A stretch of DNA of 63,992 nucleotides, the filler included, from Basidioascus undulatus (taxonomy: Eukaryota), in assembly GCA_000826855.1 (NCBI GenBank). It is 4 parts of 4 records of this genome, joined end to end, with 100 filler letters (N's around TTAATTAATTAA, not from the genome) between each part and the next. Parts side by side here need not be neighbours in the genome. Positions count along the whole stretch, not along the records: positions 1 to 15,969 come from JTLS01000613.1; 3 more parts are not named here. One strand, 5' to 3'. The position numbers and the translations under genes were made by a program. Below, piece by piece: positions 1 to 13,391 of the stretch. The notes beneath the pieces were generated by a model. The model was not told where the DNA came from. It saw nothing but the letters and a program-made list of their open reading frames with translations, and ran no database searches. Numbering within the stretch: position 1 is the stretch's first letter; every line of letters starts with the position of its first letter.

Positions 1-50
1 GGGGAAGGGGGATGGAGCGTGGGGAGGGAGAAGGGGGAGGGAGAACGGAC

Positions 51-115
51 TTGGAGGAGTCGCCGCCCTTGAGCTTGAGCGACCCGCCGGGGCGGACGTT
101 GTATGCGTCCGACAT
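51..115 (-). CDS. First coding exon of a FAM32A/DUF1754-like small nuclear protein; the rest lies outside the window
   Basis: Reverse strand reads MSDAYNVRPGGSLKLKGGDSS, followed by a GT donor at 50-49. The GG(S/A)LKLKG N-terminus is typical of this family. Confidence 0.6.
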
Positions 116-444
116 AGCGTACCGTGGGGAGGCCAGAGGTCGTAGATCGTGATCGTGATGGTGGAGGGGAATGATGGCGGTGCGGGAGCGCGAGGGAGAG
201 CGCGAGACGACGTTACGGTTGTGTGTGCGGCTTGCAGTCCCCATTTCCTCCATTGATCTTCTTACACACCTTCTCTTGTAGGACTGAAACAGTCGAATCA
301 TTCAAATAAACATTAGTTTCCAAGCGTAAGCCAGAAATCCTCTTGAGAGTGAGGAGGTGACTGTCCCGAGTCCCGACCACCCAGATTTCCCACGGATTTC
401 GCCTCCAGCTTCTTGCCTTCCTCCTGCAACCACCGCTCTCCAAC

Positions 445-1084
445 ATGTTCCGCCCGCCCCTCCGCCTTCTAACCACCTCCGCCCGCTTAAGCACCTCCTC
501 CCTCCCCGCGCCCACCGCGCGGCCCACCCCCACCGAGTTCCGCTCCCTCTACCGGCTGCTCCTCCGCTCCGCCGCGGGTGCAGTCCTCTACTCCCGGCCC
601 GCAACAAAGCACCTGCGCAAGCTCTACCGGGCGGAGTTCGAGCGGTGGGCCAAGGCGGAGAGCGCAGATTGGGCTGGTTTCCATGAGCATTGTCCGTTAA
701 CCCCTTCTTCCAAGCGACCAGGAAGATGTTGACTGACGGGAGAGCGCAGTGGACCGCACCCTCCTCCTCCTCTCCTCCTCCTCCCTCTCCACCGCCCTTC
801 CGCACAAGCTTACCCGCAACCTCTCCAACCTGCACCACACCATGCTCACCCTGCACCCGACCAAGCTGAAGCGCCCCGCGCGCTGGAACCCACAGAACCC
901 GCCGCCCCCGCCGGGGAGCGACGAGGACCGCCGCTTGTATGGAAGGGCACGGCAGAAGGCGTGGGTTGAGGGACGGTGGGAGAGGGAGGGCTTGGGAGCC
1001 TTGGGAGAGATGGTGGGGATGGCGGAGGGGAGTGCCGGGGTGTGGTTGGGACGTCTGGAGGGGGGAAGGAGGTTGCCGGGATGA
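445..1084 (+). CDS. Small LYR-motif-like, probably mitochondrial protein (2 exons, intron ~692-749)
   Basis: R/S/L-rich N-terminus, then EFRSLYRLLLRSAAGAVLYSRPA..LRKLYRAEFE. A GTCCGT...CTGAC...CAG intron joins it to ORF 749-1084. Confidence 0.65.
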
Positions 1085-1592
1085 GATGGGTCAGATGAGC
1101 ATTGCCTGTTTGCGTGCCCTGGGGGACTGGGACTGCGTAACGCTGCACGATGAGCGCTGTATCCCGGAACTCTAAGACACGAGAGCTCGTGCGTTTATTT
1201 GACCTGAAGCTGTGAGAGACAGGCGCGGTCTTCTCCGCTGCGACCCCCGCATCGCCCACATCGTCTTGCTGTCCTCATTCCTCTCCCACGCTTCTCATTT
1301 TGCATTGGACCCTACATGCACCCCGACTCTTCTGGACACTTCGAAGATTAATTTCTGGGTAACCCCAAGTTGCCCTCGCAACACGATGGAAAATCCATCC
1401 CCCGACCATCTTCGCAAAACCCTTCGCAGTCAGATTGCGTCACTTCGCCTCGGGCCGCCAGATCGCAGTCGTTGCAGTCTGTGCCCCATTCACCTCCTGC
1501 CCTCTCCCTCAACCATCCACACACATCCATCCACACCTCAATACATTCCAAGGCTCCTATTCCTAAACCAATCACATATCGCATACTCCAAA

Positions 1593-3346
1593 ATGCCCAC
1601 CACTCCCTCCGGCTCCTACCGTTACTCCCAGCTCGTACGTCCCCCTCCCCGCCCTCTCTTCACCTCCTCTCCTCTCCCTCGACCGAGGCTGACATCCCCC
1701 CAGGACCTAGTCGAGTACGGACCTAACTCTCTCTCGAAACTCCCGGAGATCGTCAAGAACCTTGGGGCGAAGAAGGCGCTCGTCATAACGGGTAACAGTA
1801 TCGCGAAGAAGACGGATGTCCTGAAGCAGGTGGAGGACGCCTTGGGGGACAAGCTGGGGGACACGTTCGTGGTCCGTCTCTCTCCCTCTCTCCCTTCTCC
1901 CTTTCTCGCAGGCTAGATGCTGAGAATGGTGTGCAGGGGATTGGCGAGCATGCGCCTATCAGCGATATCAAGGCTGCTGTGCGTTTGTTCCTTTCCTGGG
2001 GAGTGGAAGGAGTGGTACTGATTTGGGGGCGGTGGGGCAGATTGAGAAGCTCGACAAGGCGGGTGCGGACATACTTGTTTCCGTTGGCGGGGGGTCGCCC
2101 GTCGACGCAAGCAAGGCGATCGCGTACTACTACCGCGAGCAGAAGAACGCGGACAAGTACCTCCCGCATATCGCAATTCCTACTACCCTTTCAGCGGCCG
2201 GTACGTTGTTTGTCTGTAGTTTAACTGGAGGGAAGCTCAAAGGTGGGGAGGTGCAGAGTACACCATCAACGCGGGGTACAAGGACGAGAACGGGAACAAG
2301 GTCAGCGCGAGCGCGCCTGAGCTCGCACCGAAGGTCCGTTTCCTCGGCCTCCCCCCTTCCCACATCCCTCCCAAAACCCATGCCCCTCCATACAGGCAAT
2401 CATCCTCGACGCCACCTTAACGCTCTCTACCCCCGAGCGCCTCTGGCTCTCCACGGGCATCCGGTGCGTCTCTTCCTCCTTCCATCCCCTCCCACATCCT
2501 AGCAACTCACTTCCGAATTCGGGCGGTGGGCCAGCGCCCTCGACCACGCCGTCGAGTCCCTCTATCGCCCCCACCTGCCCTACCCGATACTGCATCTTGC
2601 GTACGCCGCAATCCGGGACCTCTTCCACTGGCTGCCCGTGGCCAAGGCGAATCCGACGGACCTCAACGCGCGGCAGCACCTCCTCTTGGCCGCGTGGATC
2701 TCGTGCGTCTTCTGCTTTTGCCCATCTCCAACTCCCTCACGAAGGAGAGGGAGACTAATTTAGGAGAGGGGAGCGGACAGACTGTTCCCGAACCCCCAGC
2801 CGGGCGCGCTGGGACTGAGCCATGCGCTGGGGCATAAGCTCGGGGCTGTGAGTTGCTCGTGGGGGTGAAGGAGAAGGAGGAGGACTGACAAGCGTGTGGT
2901 AACCAGAAATACAACATCCCCCACGGTATCACATCCTGCCTGACGCTCGCCCCCGTCGTGGCTCTCTACACGAGTGGGTCCTCCTCCCTCCCTCTGCCCC
3001 AACCCATCTCACCCCATCTCCTCCTGCAGACAAGGGCCCCCCAACCGACAAGACCCACCTCGCCTCCGCCGTTCAGCACCTGCACCTCTCCGGCCTGCCC
3101 GCTTTGCGTGTGGCCCCGCCCGCCGACCTGGCCGGGCACATCACGGGGCTGATCAAGATGCTCGGGCTGGACACGACGCTCAAGGAGTGGAAGGTGCCCA
3201 AGGAGGACCTGAAGGACATCGCGGAGCAGGCGAGCGCGGTGCTTGGCGGACGGGAGGATGTGGGCTTTGGCGCGAGGGACGTGGAGAAGCTCCTGGGGGG
3301 GATCTGGGATGGGAGTCCCTTGCTGGAGAGCGTGCATAACCTTTAG
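1593..3346 (+). CDS. Iron-containing alcohol dehydrogenase family (maleylacetate reductase-like), multi-exon
   Basis: Exons encode KKALVITGNS, SVGGGSPVDASKAI, IAIPTTLSAAE, ALDHAVE, GLSHALGHKLGA and IPHGITSC (NAD-binding GGGS motif and metal-ligand histidines). Confidence 0.9.
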
Positions 3347-3860
3347 ATGGGGGGAAGGGTAGGAGGGAGGAACGGATGTGGAATAGATGCGATTTGAGAG
3401 GAGCGAGGAGAGGATTGAGACTGCTTGCTGAGATGGGGAGTCTGATAGATTGGTAGATCATCCGTGACGTTAGTGACTTACATGAGCCTGGACGAAAGGA
3501 TCCATACACGGTCACTGGGCACCTACAAGCTTTTTAGCTAGCTCAGGTGATGAGAACATGCCTGTCTCTTGGCGGCTCATCGCGTATAGACAGACGGTTG
3601 CCGATCAGGCATGCAGCCCACTCCGGTTCACGCCATCCGAGTTGCATTCAATCGACTAGACCCTGAAAAGCAGCTATCTTCCTTACATAGCGACGTCTGT
3701 GAGACGCTTGCCCTTGCCCCCAGAGTAAGCTTGATAGAGCTGCTGGTCATGGTGAAGCAATCAAGCCTTCGGTCTCATCCTAGGACCTCACGAAGCTTGG
3801 TTGTACCATTTTCGCCACTCGACGTTTCAAGTAAATCCAGATCATTTCACTACCTTCCCC

Positions 3861-5132
3861 TCAGCAGACCCACCCAGTGCGCCTGAGGCCTTGCAGCGCT
3901 GCGCAAAGGTGAGTTCGTGAGCTCAATAATTGGCAGCAGGGCGGAAAAGGCAGACGCTTGAACTCACAGCGTTGCTTCTTCTCGTCTTTCAGTACCCCGC
4001 CGGGCAGCACGTTCGCAGGGAGGCAAGCCTGGCGGATCCGCCCCAGGCTGGGGGATCCTGGGTCGCGGCTGTGGATTATGAGCGTCTGAAGGGGGGGAAC
4101 GGCCACGTCCTTGTGCTTCAGAAAGTCTTTTAGCTCATCGGCACAGCCCTCGGGCGGGGAGTCTAACGAGAGCGAAAGCGACGTCAGGCTGTTCGGAATG
4201 GCGTTCGCTAGACGCATCGCCGCCTGCGCGTCGATAAGCATGTCACAGCTCAGACTGAGGACGCGCAAAGCTGTGTAGCCCCTCAAAAGCAATGCAAAGC
4301 CGCGCAATACTGTCTTCGATTGGAGAAGGAGATGCGTGATTGAGCGTTGAGAGTTGGCAAGCGCAGCGTGCAGCAATGCACAATCGAGCTCGTCCGGCGG
4401 GGTCAAATTTCGGCCGCTTTATATCAGCTAGACAATTTGGCGGGGGATCTCAAGAACTGCTATCAGAAGCTCGTGACAGACGTCAAAGCAGTACGCCAGG
4501 CTCGACCGGGTGACGGTCGAGGTGTCCCTGAAGGTCGCCAGATCTTCTTCGTACACGCCCCTCGCGAGCACGACCTTCTCCAGGTGCAAAGTGTGGAGAG
4601 ATGGAGGAGCTAGACAAGCAGCCACGTGCCTTACCGTGAAGTATACGTCCTCCCCCGTTCTCATGAGCATTAGCTCGCGGAGAGTGAAGGCCCGGTCAGT
4701 GGGTGGCGCCCGGAGGGCGTAGCGAAAACGCTTGAAGCTCGGGGGAGGTGCGATGCATAGGAATTGCAGATTAGGAATAATGCGGAGGAGGGCCATCAGG
4801 TCGCCCTTGTGAACTCCGCTCCCGGTTTCGCTGGCCTCTTCGTCTTCGTCGTCGTCCACGCTCGCTTCGGAGTCCACTGAATTGGAGTCAGGGTCCCTCC
4901 AACTGACGTGAAGCTCGCACACATGCGCTGCGAGCGCTGGACGGGCTTCGAGAGAGGACAAGAAGAGTGAAACGCTGTCGCCGTGAATCACAGCGCAATT
5001 GTAGAGCATAGGTTCCGCGATGGCTTGCAGACGCCGAGAGGTGAGCTAGAGATTGGCGAGGTCGCCTGCGCGGCTGAGGCGAGACGCGATGTCCATGAGC
5101 ATCTCGTCGGGAAGGTCGTTCAGTATGGCCAT
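3861..5132 (-). pseudogene. F-box protein with LRR-like C-terminus, interrupted by three in-frame stops
   Basis: Reads MAILNDLPDEMLMDIASRL..DLANL*LTSRRLQAIAEPMLY (F-box). Three consecutive track ORFs share one frame, with stops at 5046-5048 (TAG), 4428-4430 (TAG) and 4419-4421 (TAA). Confidence 0.75.
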
Positions 5133-6559
5133 GACCGATGCTTTTATCGAAGAAGTGAACAGAGTGTATGAAGTGATATAGGCAGTGCAGCGCGGCTGAT
5201 GTGAAACGGTCAATGTGGAGAGGAAATGAGAGGACGGCGACGCGCCCGCGCGGGCTACCTCGGCGATCGGTGTCTGATTCGGTTGTATCGCGCTTTCGCG
5301 CCAAAGAACATCTCTACCTGTGGTAGATTGCTGAGCCAGATCCCAGGATTCAGGCAGATGAGCCTGAAAAACTAGCTTAGACGTGCAGGAAGTGTATCGG
5401 AAGTTGGAAATAGGGCAGGCAGCCCCATACGCAATACTGACCAACGAATGGTCTATAATTGAGAGGTTGGCGCATCGAAACACTTTGAAGAAGTCAGAGG
5501 CGCAGGACTAGATGTGCAATCACCCAGCCTATTGCTGCCTGCGAGCATCCTGCCAAGCAGGCGCATTTGCAAGACCGGCTTTCGAGTGCTCAAAACTTAG
5601 TATGACACGATAGCTCAATGATGATGAAGCATAGCGGCCGGAAGTCTACATGATACATACATCAAATAAAAGTTTACATGGCTCGATTGAGAGGTGTCCA
5701 AGACCTTCCGGGAGCTGGACCTGCACCGGCCTCCACGAGGCGTGGTCGCGTCAAGGCAAAGGACGGCTGCAATGCTTGCAAGGCGAGTCAAATTTTGTGA
5801 GTTGACGCAAGCAAAAGGTAACTTTGAATGATTCCTTCATTAGAAGTGTTCCAAAAACGGACAGGGAACGTAGGAGCATTGTCGACCCAAGTCTGCGACA
5901 GCTACGTTGCCTGTCTTCCCCTCGTCTCATACGAGGCAGTTCAAGGCTGATAATTGTTTCCACTTTTCCATGTATTCAGAAGTTTTACACTGTAGCTTGA
6001 TGGGGCTGGGGGCCTCGCAGCTGCTTGGAAGCCGGCGCTTGGTGTCCTGCGTTCGCCAGACGGCCTGTAGCGAGCAAATTGATGCCCACTTCGCTGAAGA
6101 AGTTACTGAGGGTTGAATAATTTTCACCGGACAGTTACCACACACACGCATGAGCACTGGACAACATGCAATCCGAACCTGTCTGTATCGGCTGCCTTCG
6201 GATTGACGACGCCGGCGACACGGCGGTGGGTGAGCCCGCATGATGATGCCCCATGGCAGTGCTGTGCGTCGGATTTGTAAGAGACGTAGGTACTAGGTAT
6301 ACACCTTTCTTTTCTACGCCTTGGTGGGGTCCGCAATCGACAAGGACCACATCCATGACAGCATGTCCACGCCTGTTGTGTAGATCTGGTACGCTTGAAA
6401 GGCGAACAGGAGGGTCAGTACGTGGGGAAGTCTCAAGATTAGAAGACGTCCTAGGCCCAAACATGCTTAATTTCACGATGCTGCGAGAGGAGAAGGCACG
6501 GGCGAGTTGCACACAGTCCGCATGGGGGTTCCCATGGCACCCGGGGCATGGTACTCTCA

Positions 6560-8998
6560 TGCCAGCCTCTTTGACCTTATTGAAACCCTCTAATGACTTT
6601 TCTTCTGCTCCTCGAACCTCCGTCACGTCGTCCAACTTCACTTTTACGGGGTACGTCCAGACTTATACTTTTGATTTGAATCTCCAACTGATCGGAGGCA
6701 TGGTGTAGGACACGCGACCGCTTGACTTTCCGGTTCACGGGCATCCCGTACACCGCTCCTCCAACCGGCAAGCTTCGCTTCCAGAACTCGCAAGCGTACA
6801 ACGGGTCCAGTGACATCGACGCTACTCCCTGTGAGATCGAGTTTCTATCCAAGCCTGCTAGTTTCTAACGAACCACACTGCAGTCCAACCCGCATGCTTG
6901 CAGTTCGGCGACTTTGCTGGGAACGCTAAGGTGCTCAACCCTTGGGGAAACAACGAAGACTGGTGAGCGACTCTTTGAAGGAGCTCTTGTGCAGGAAATT
7001 GAACTCAAAGCGATTGTTCAGCCTCTTCCTCACGTCTACACGCCCTACCTTCCGCCCGCCGGCAACACCACCAACGCGCCGGCTCTCAAGCCCGTTCTTT
7101 TCTGGATCCATGGAGGCGCCAACACTGGTAAGGTTTCTTAGTGCTATTGTCGCCTCGATTCTACACTCAGAATTTCTTTGTAGGCGGTACCGGTGCGGAT
7201 GCGACTTTCGACGGCGGCAGCCTTGTTTCGCGCAGCGATGTCGTTGTCGTGACGATCAACTGTTCGTCGTGCATACCTTCTCTTACCATGGCGACCGCTG
7301 ATCCTGACATTTTTTTTCAGACCGCGTTAACATATCTGGATGTACGTAACCGTCTCTGCATTCCCCTTGCCCCCGTCCAGTCCCTCCCTCTCTGCCCCGA
7401 TCCGGCCCGGTCGCCCTCGTCGGACCACCCCCGCAGTGTAGAATCGCTAATACGTGGCTTGGCGCCTACAGTCCTGAGCCTGAATGATGGCGTGATGGAC
7501 GGAAATTACGCGCTCAAGGAGAATATCGCTGCGCTGCGTTGGGTGCAAGGTGTGTTTGCAGTTGTGAGGCCTTTCCTCTTTCTAATGATACTAATGTCCT
7601 CTCGTCTTAGACAGCATTACTGCGTTTGGCGGATATCTGAACACCAGTCCTTAGCGTGTCACGATTTTCGGGCAGTCAGCGGGCGGCAGCAGTGTCGTCA
7701 ACCTCCTCGTCTCCCCCAAGGCTTCTGGTCTGTTTGCCGGCGCTATCTCGCAGGTCAGGGGCTTCAGCGCAATCCAAAGCCTTGAGGCTGCTGAGAACTC
7801 TGTCGGTGCGTAGTTTTCCAGGCGGCTTGTGTTGAGCTCTACGATTGATCGCTGACACTGTTGAAACTCAGCGCCTTTCTGCAACAGCACGGGCATTGAG
7901 CGCCTCGAGTGTCTGCAGAGCTTGGACGCGGACGCTCTGCTCAACGTCACGAACAGGTCGGTCTCTGGATCACCGTCCAGGACGGCGAATGCGCGGTTCG
8001 TGGAGCTGTGGCGCAGGCGGCGAAGGGAGCAAATGCGGTCAACAGCGTACCTTTCTTCAGCGGTTTCATGCCGGAGGAAGCCCAATCGTGAGTCATTGGG
8101 CGTATCTGACGAGTGTTAATGTATGCCTCTGATGATGTCTTCCACAACGTTAGTCTGCTCGGCACCGCCGTTTCTCCTAACGCCACCGACGTCAACGGAA
8201 CGCTCAGCGGCCTTGTCGGCAGCACCCTGGCGAACAGCATCCTGCAGTCCGGGCTGTGGCCGATCAGCGACGACTTCTCGGTCTGTGCGTCCTACCTCCC
8301 TTTCACTTGGATGATAAAACTTTGGCTGAACCTGCCTTTTGTGCAGACAACGCGACGATCAACGTTTACACCGACCAGCTTCTCACTTGCGCTGGCGAGA
8401 ACTTCATCACAGCCGCCGCGTCGTCCGATGCGTTCCCATCCATGTATGTCCTGGGTGGACGGAACCCATCCGCACCCGACAGCTGAAACTTTGCTTCTCT
8501 CTTAGCTACGTTTACGAGATGCAGCGGGCGTACGCACTCTCCTACTACAACCCGTACGGACTCTGCTCATTCCCGGTAGGCCAGGCGCAGCCTTACTAAC
8601 GCTGCCATTCCGGTTGATCTCTACGAGGTGCGAACCCAATTATTCAGGTGACACCCCATGAAAAACTCGTTGAAACGCTCACTGCACTCTACACCTTTGA
8701 ACAGGTCTTCGGCACCTACCACCTCTTCGACCAGCCGATCCGCGAGGCGGCCGACGTCCAGTACACGCACCTCGTGCAGGACATGTGGGGCGCCTTCACG
8801 CGCTCGGGTAACCCCAACCCGGCGTCGGAGTACCTCAAGGTCCGCTCCTACGACAGCACCGCGGCCGTGTTGGGCGCCGGCGGGTTCGCATGGCCCGAGT
8901 ACACGCCGGAGCAGCCGAAGCTCGCCTCCCTCGACTACCCGAGCTTGAGCAAGGGCCCGCTCCCGGATCTTGAGGGCTGCAAGGTCATTTTGTCCTAG
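6560..8998 (+). pseudogene. Type-B carboxylesterase/lipase, disrupted; 5' end uncertain
   Basis: Motifs FTGIPYTAPPTGKLRF, NEDCLFL, WIHGG, IFGQSAGG and CHSGDL. Lesions: 1-nt deletion at ~7031 (CLFL-N-VYTP), TAA at 8597-8599, extra T at ~8615. Confidence 0.8.
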
Positions 8999-10438
8999 AT
9001 CTCTTGTCTCACGACGGGTGGGTGTTCGAGACGTTAGGGGGAGGAGGAGCCTTTTAGACTGGGTCAAGTGTCTGTGGGCGGAGCGTACCTTCGGAAATAC
9101 ATATAACCTGCAGCTGGAAACAAAAATGAGCGCTTGCGCAATATATATTACTTCATTTTGAGGCAAGCCGATGACTAATGTTCCGCTCGCGCCACCGTGG
9201 TGTTCAAACGCTGCCGAGCCAGCGCGCAATCTCGCACATTGCCGGGCCAACCTGAAACTGCCCGTTGTAATCGGGAAAACCAAATATTCTTGTTGTTGAG
9301 GGAGTCCCTGAACGCCGTCTACATGACGGCCTGAAAGCTTTGCTTGGTTGGCACTTGTTCGGAGAAGACGGGGTGAGCTTGTCCGTGACTGTCCATACGA
9401 CTGACACTCTCCTTTTGCTTCACGCCGAGTATAAATAATAAACTAATGCAAGGTGAAGAGCAATAGGTGAGAAAGGCAGAGCTGCAGAAGCTGGTGTATA
9501 CCCTCGGCTGCCAAGTTGTCGCAGCCCGGCCTCCACGGTCGTCGCCAGGCCTGTCACCAACTGTCTCTCTTGAGCCCGCCCAAGGTTCTTGTGGGTTAAA
9601 TACCTCACCTCTTATATCATTTGTTGACCAGTTCTGTAGCGACAAGCGCGCTCTGCCCCTACGCTACAATGCGTCTCATCGCTCACTGCATGCTCAACAG
9701 AGTCTCGCCGTGTTCAACCATGGTTTGGGTCAAGCAGAGGCCGGCAGAACGAGACACAATTCCAATAAATCGGAATAGATACAAGTCCAACTTCAAAGCA
9801 TAAGAATAGCGAATTACCGCGAGGTAGTACTGATGCTATCTTCTGCTTGGGGTCGCTCTCTGCTCCTTTCGCAGATGTCATTGACCTTGACTTTTGATTC
9901 CTCGAAAACTGACAGTACTAGTTTTTAATCACAACCCAAGCTGAAAGCTTCAAGAAGATCAATTTCTGAGGAGCGTTGACAGAAGCATAGTGCCGGCTTA
10001 TGCGAAGTTCATCGCAGTGCACATCGCAGTGCACAACGCCGGCCGTGATGCACCTGGTTGCTTGCGGCCACTGCATTTTGCTTTCAGGTTTATCGTCAGA
10101 ACATCAATGCGCCCTCACGTTTAAAGGCACACCAGGGAGCCAGAGCGTGTCGGTCTGAGTGGGCAACATCGTCCACCTTGGCCAACCAAGCGTTCCATCG
10201 GCCACAGCACACATGCCGGACCTGTGACTCCTAAGCTTGCGGACGTTGTATAGATTTGGAAAAGTTGCCATAACGATCATGAGGTATGGCTGACTACATA
10301 CTCAGATCCTATGTGCAGCGCACCTCCTCCTCCCTCGTCCGGGATGATCGGACATTCCGGGCCGAGCTCCGTCAGCGGTATAAGAGCATCTGAGCGACTT
10401 CATACAGTTTTTTGATCGCAACGCCAACTTCATCCAGC

Positions 10439-12133
10439 ATGTCCAACCAGAAGAAACTCCACATTGCAGTCATCGGCGTGGGCCGCATGGGAGCGAGGCA
10501 TGCTCGCAACGTGCGTGTGCCACTGCCTTCAAGTCACTCTGATGCTCTGATCTTGAACGACGGCTGATTGGTATGATCTGTGTGGGCAGCTCGCATACAA
10601 CACCCCGCGCGCGGAGCTCGTTGCGGTCGTGGACACGAACCCGCAAGCGCTCGACTGGGCCAAAGATAACCTTCCCCAGACGACGCAGTGAGTTCCGGCA
10701 GGCTTTGCTTGTTTCCTTCAGCAACGCGGTAATTCACTCATGCCTGACCCCATAGCCGTTACGTGGAGATCCAAGACCTTTTCCGCCACCCGGGCCTTCA
10801 AGCCGTCCTCATCTCGACACAGACGACACTGCACGCGTCCCTCGCGGTGCAGGCGCTCGAGGCTGGTCTGGTGCGTCTAGCAACTTCACGTCAGCCTGCA
10901 AATCCTCAAACAAACATTTTGGCAGCACGTACTTATGGAGAAGCCCATCTCGATCGAAATAGCCGACTCCGAGCCTGTACTGCAAGCGGCCCGGGCGCAC
11001 CCAAAGCAGAAGACGATGGTGGCTTTCTCCCGGCGCTGTACGCACCTCTCCATTCTGCGCTATCTTGTGCGGCGGCACTGACACCCTTTCTTCAATCCTG
11101 CAGTTGACGAGTCCTACCGCCAGGCGCACAGCCGCCTTTCCGAGCTGGGGGACGTCTACTTGTTCAACTCCCGTACCAACGACATGTTCGACCCGACCGG
11201 TGGGTCCTCACGCCGGCCCCCAGCCTCACCACACTCTAACCTCATCACATGCTCTCCAGGCTTCTTCATCCCCTACTCCAAATCATCGGGTGGGATCCTT
11301 GTCGACTGCGGGATCCACGACATCGACCTCGCGCGCTGGTTCCTCGCGCGCTGGTTCCTCGGCATCGGCGCGGGGACGCGGCAGGTGAAGAAAGTGTATG
11401 CCTCTGGGTGCACGGCGCGCCACCCCGAGCTAGCCGAGTACAACGACACGGACAACGTCGTCGCGGTTATTGAGTTCGAGAATGGGAAGCTGGCTACGAT
11501 TTATCTGTCCCGCACGGCAATGCACGGGCACGAATGCCAGACCGAGATCGTCGGCACGGAGGGGAAGTTCGTCGTGAACCAGGTGCGCTTCAAGTTCACG
11601 AAGTTGTCTTTGAGAAGCGAGTTAAATTGAATACTCCTTGATTCAGAATCCCCGCTCGAACCGCCTCGACATTGCCGACAAGCACGGCATCCGCAACGAG
11701 TGCACGTACGCAGCCAACTTTCGCTTTCACGACCAACGCTGCTGTACTGATGAACATCAATTCCAGTCCTACGTACTACGAGCGGTTCCGCGAGGTGAGA
11801 CTACTCGCTTGGAGGAGGACGTGGTGGCTGATCGCTGAAATATTCGACAGGCATTCGTCAGCGAGGTCCGCGAGTTCACCGACGCCTGCTTGGACGACAC
11901 GCGTGCGTCCTCATCCCTTGACACCAATGCTGTTCTTCTTTCCACTGACAAAACTCCTTCAATCAGCGCTCCCTGTGACGATTGAGGACGCCGTCGAGGC
12001 GCAGAAGCTCGCTGCGGGCCTTACGCTCGCCTTACGCTCCGGCCAGAGCGTCGTCTTCGACGAGAAAGGTTTCCCGGTCGAGCCTAGCCGGGGCTTGGCT
12101 GCGAACGCGAAGCAGGCGCTTGCGCATCTCTGA
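10439..12133 (+). CDS. Gfo/Idh/MocA family NAD-dependent oxidoreductase (myo-inositol 2-dehydrogenase-like), multi-exon
   Basis: MSNQKKLHIAVIGVGRMGARH, HVLMEKP, VGFSRRFD, SGGILVDCGIHDIDL. TATA-like TATAAG about 60 nt upstream. Confidence 0.9.
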
Positions 12134-12333
12134 TGGCAACAGCGATGAGGGACAGGGTTTCGGGTACCGGGAGGGTTTACCAAAGCACCGAGCGATTCGG
12201 TAGAGGACGTTGCGAAGCGAATCAGACATGGCCAGTGAGAAATAGGTGAAGTGTCCTCAGATCGATGGTATCATTTTGTTGGTATCAAGAAGAATGCCTA
12301 GCCAGGTTCGCCATCATCAACCCACACAACCGC

Positions 12334-13391
12334 TCAGAGGAACTGCTTCGCGAGGCCGGCGAGCTGGCCGAGCCCGCCGGAGTTGCTGCCGCCGGTAGTA
12401 CCGCCGCCGAGCTTGGACTGTCAAGTCGAATCGCAGAGGTAAGTAGGCGCTCAGGGAGGAGTTTGACAGAGATGAGGCAACGTGCCTGCAGGAGGAGCTT
12501 GCCGAAGGTCAGGGCTGCGCTGTTGACGGCGTCCTGTGAAGAGACCCGAATCAGCGGAGTACAAGGTGGGGTGGTTGGGAACAGGGACGCGCCTCCTTCG
12601 TGCCCGAAACGTTGTTGTTCCCCTTCTGGTCGAAGAGCTTCGCAGCCTCGGCAAGGACCTTGCCGATCTGTGCCGACAAACCAAACGTCATGTCAATAGA
12701 AGGCTTTGCAGTTGGTGGAAGACGGATAGACTCACGAGGTCCTGCTCGTTCGACTGCGACTTCTGGCTGTCAGAGGAGGAGCTGCCGAAGTACTGCTTGG
12801 CGAACTTGAGCGCAGCGGCGACGCCGATGGACTGCGCGGAGGTGGAGCCGGAGCCGTTGTACACCTCGTCGTGCTTCCGCTGGGCGTCTACCCTCCCACA
12901 ACACATCTCAGCACGCCTCCTCCCATGCTGCCGATCATGCAGAAGGGAGATGAAAGACGCACCGTCCTGGTCGACCGGCTCGTTGACGAGCGCGGACTTG
13001 TTGTTGTTCAGGAGGCCGACGGCTTGAGAGAAGATCGAAACGTCCGAGTCGCCGCCGGAGTGGCTCTTCGCGCCGCTGAGAATAGAGGCGAGGTCGACTG
13101 AGGGTCCGTCCCAAGTGAGCAAGTCTTGTACACGGTCCACACTGGCAGGAGCGGACGTACAGCCGGGAATGCCACCCTGAGAGGAGCCAGAGCTCTGCTG
13201 CTGGTTGTTGTACTGCTGCTGCTGCGATTGCTGCTGAGGCTGCTGCTGCTGCTGGCCGCCCTGGTTGTCCTTCTGGGACTCCTGGTACTGCGCTCCCTCC
13301 CCACTCCGATGAGCCATCGCACCGAGAGGCCGAAGAAGGGAGCACGTACGGCCTCAAAGCCCTGCTTTGCGAGGTTGCCGATGAAGCTCAT
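12334..13391 (-). CDS. Gln/Gly/Ser-rich protein resembling the basidiomycete beta-flanking protein, multi-exon
   Basis: Spliced product reads MSFIGNLAKQGFEA..HDEVYNGSGSTSAQSIGVAAALK..IGKVLAEAAKLFD..KEDAVNSAALTFGKLLLQSKLGG..GLGQLAGLAKQFL*. Confidence 0.75.
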
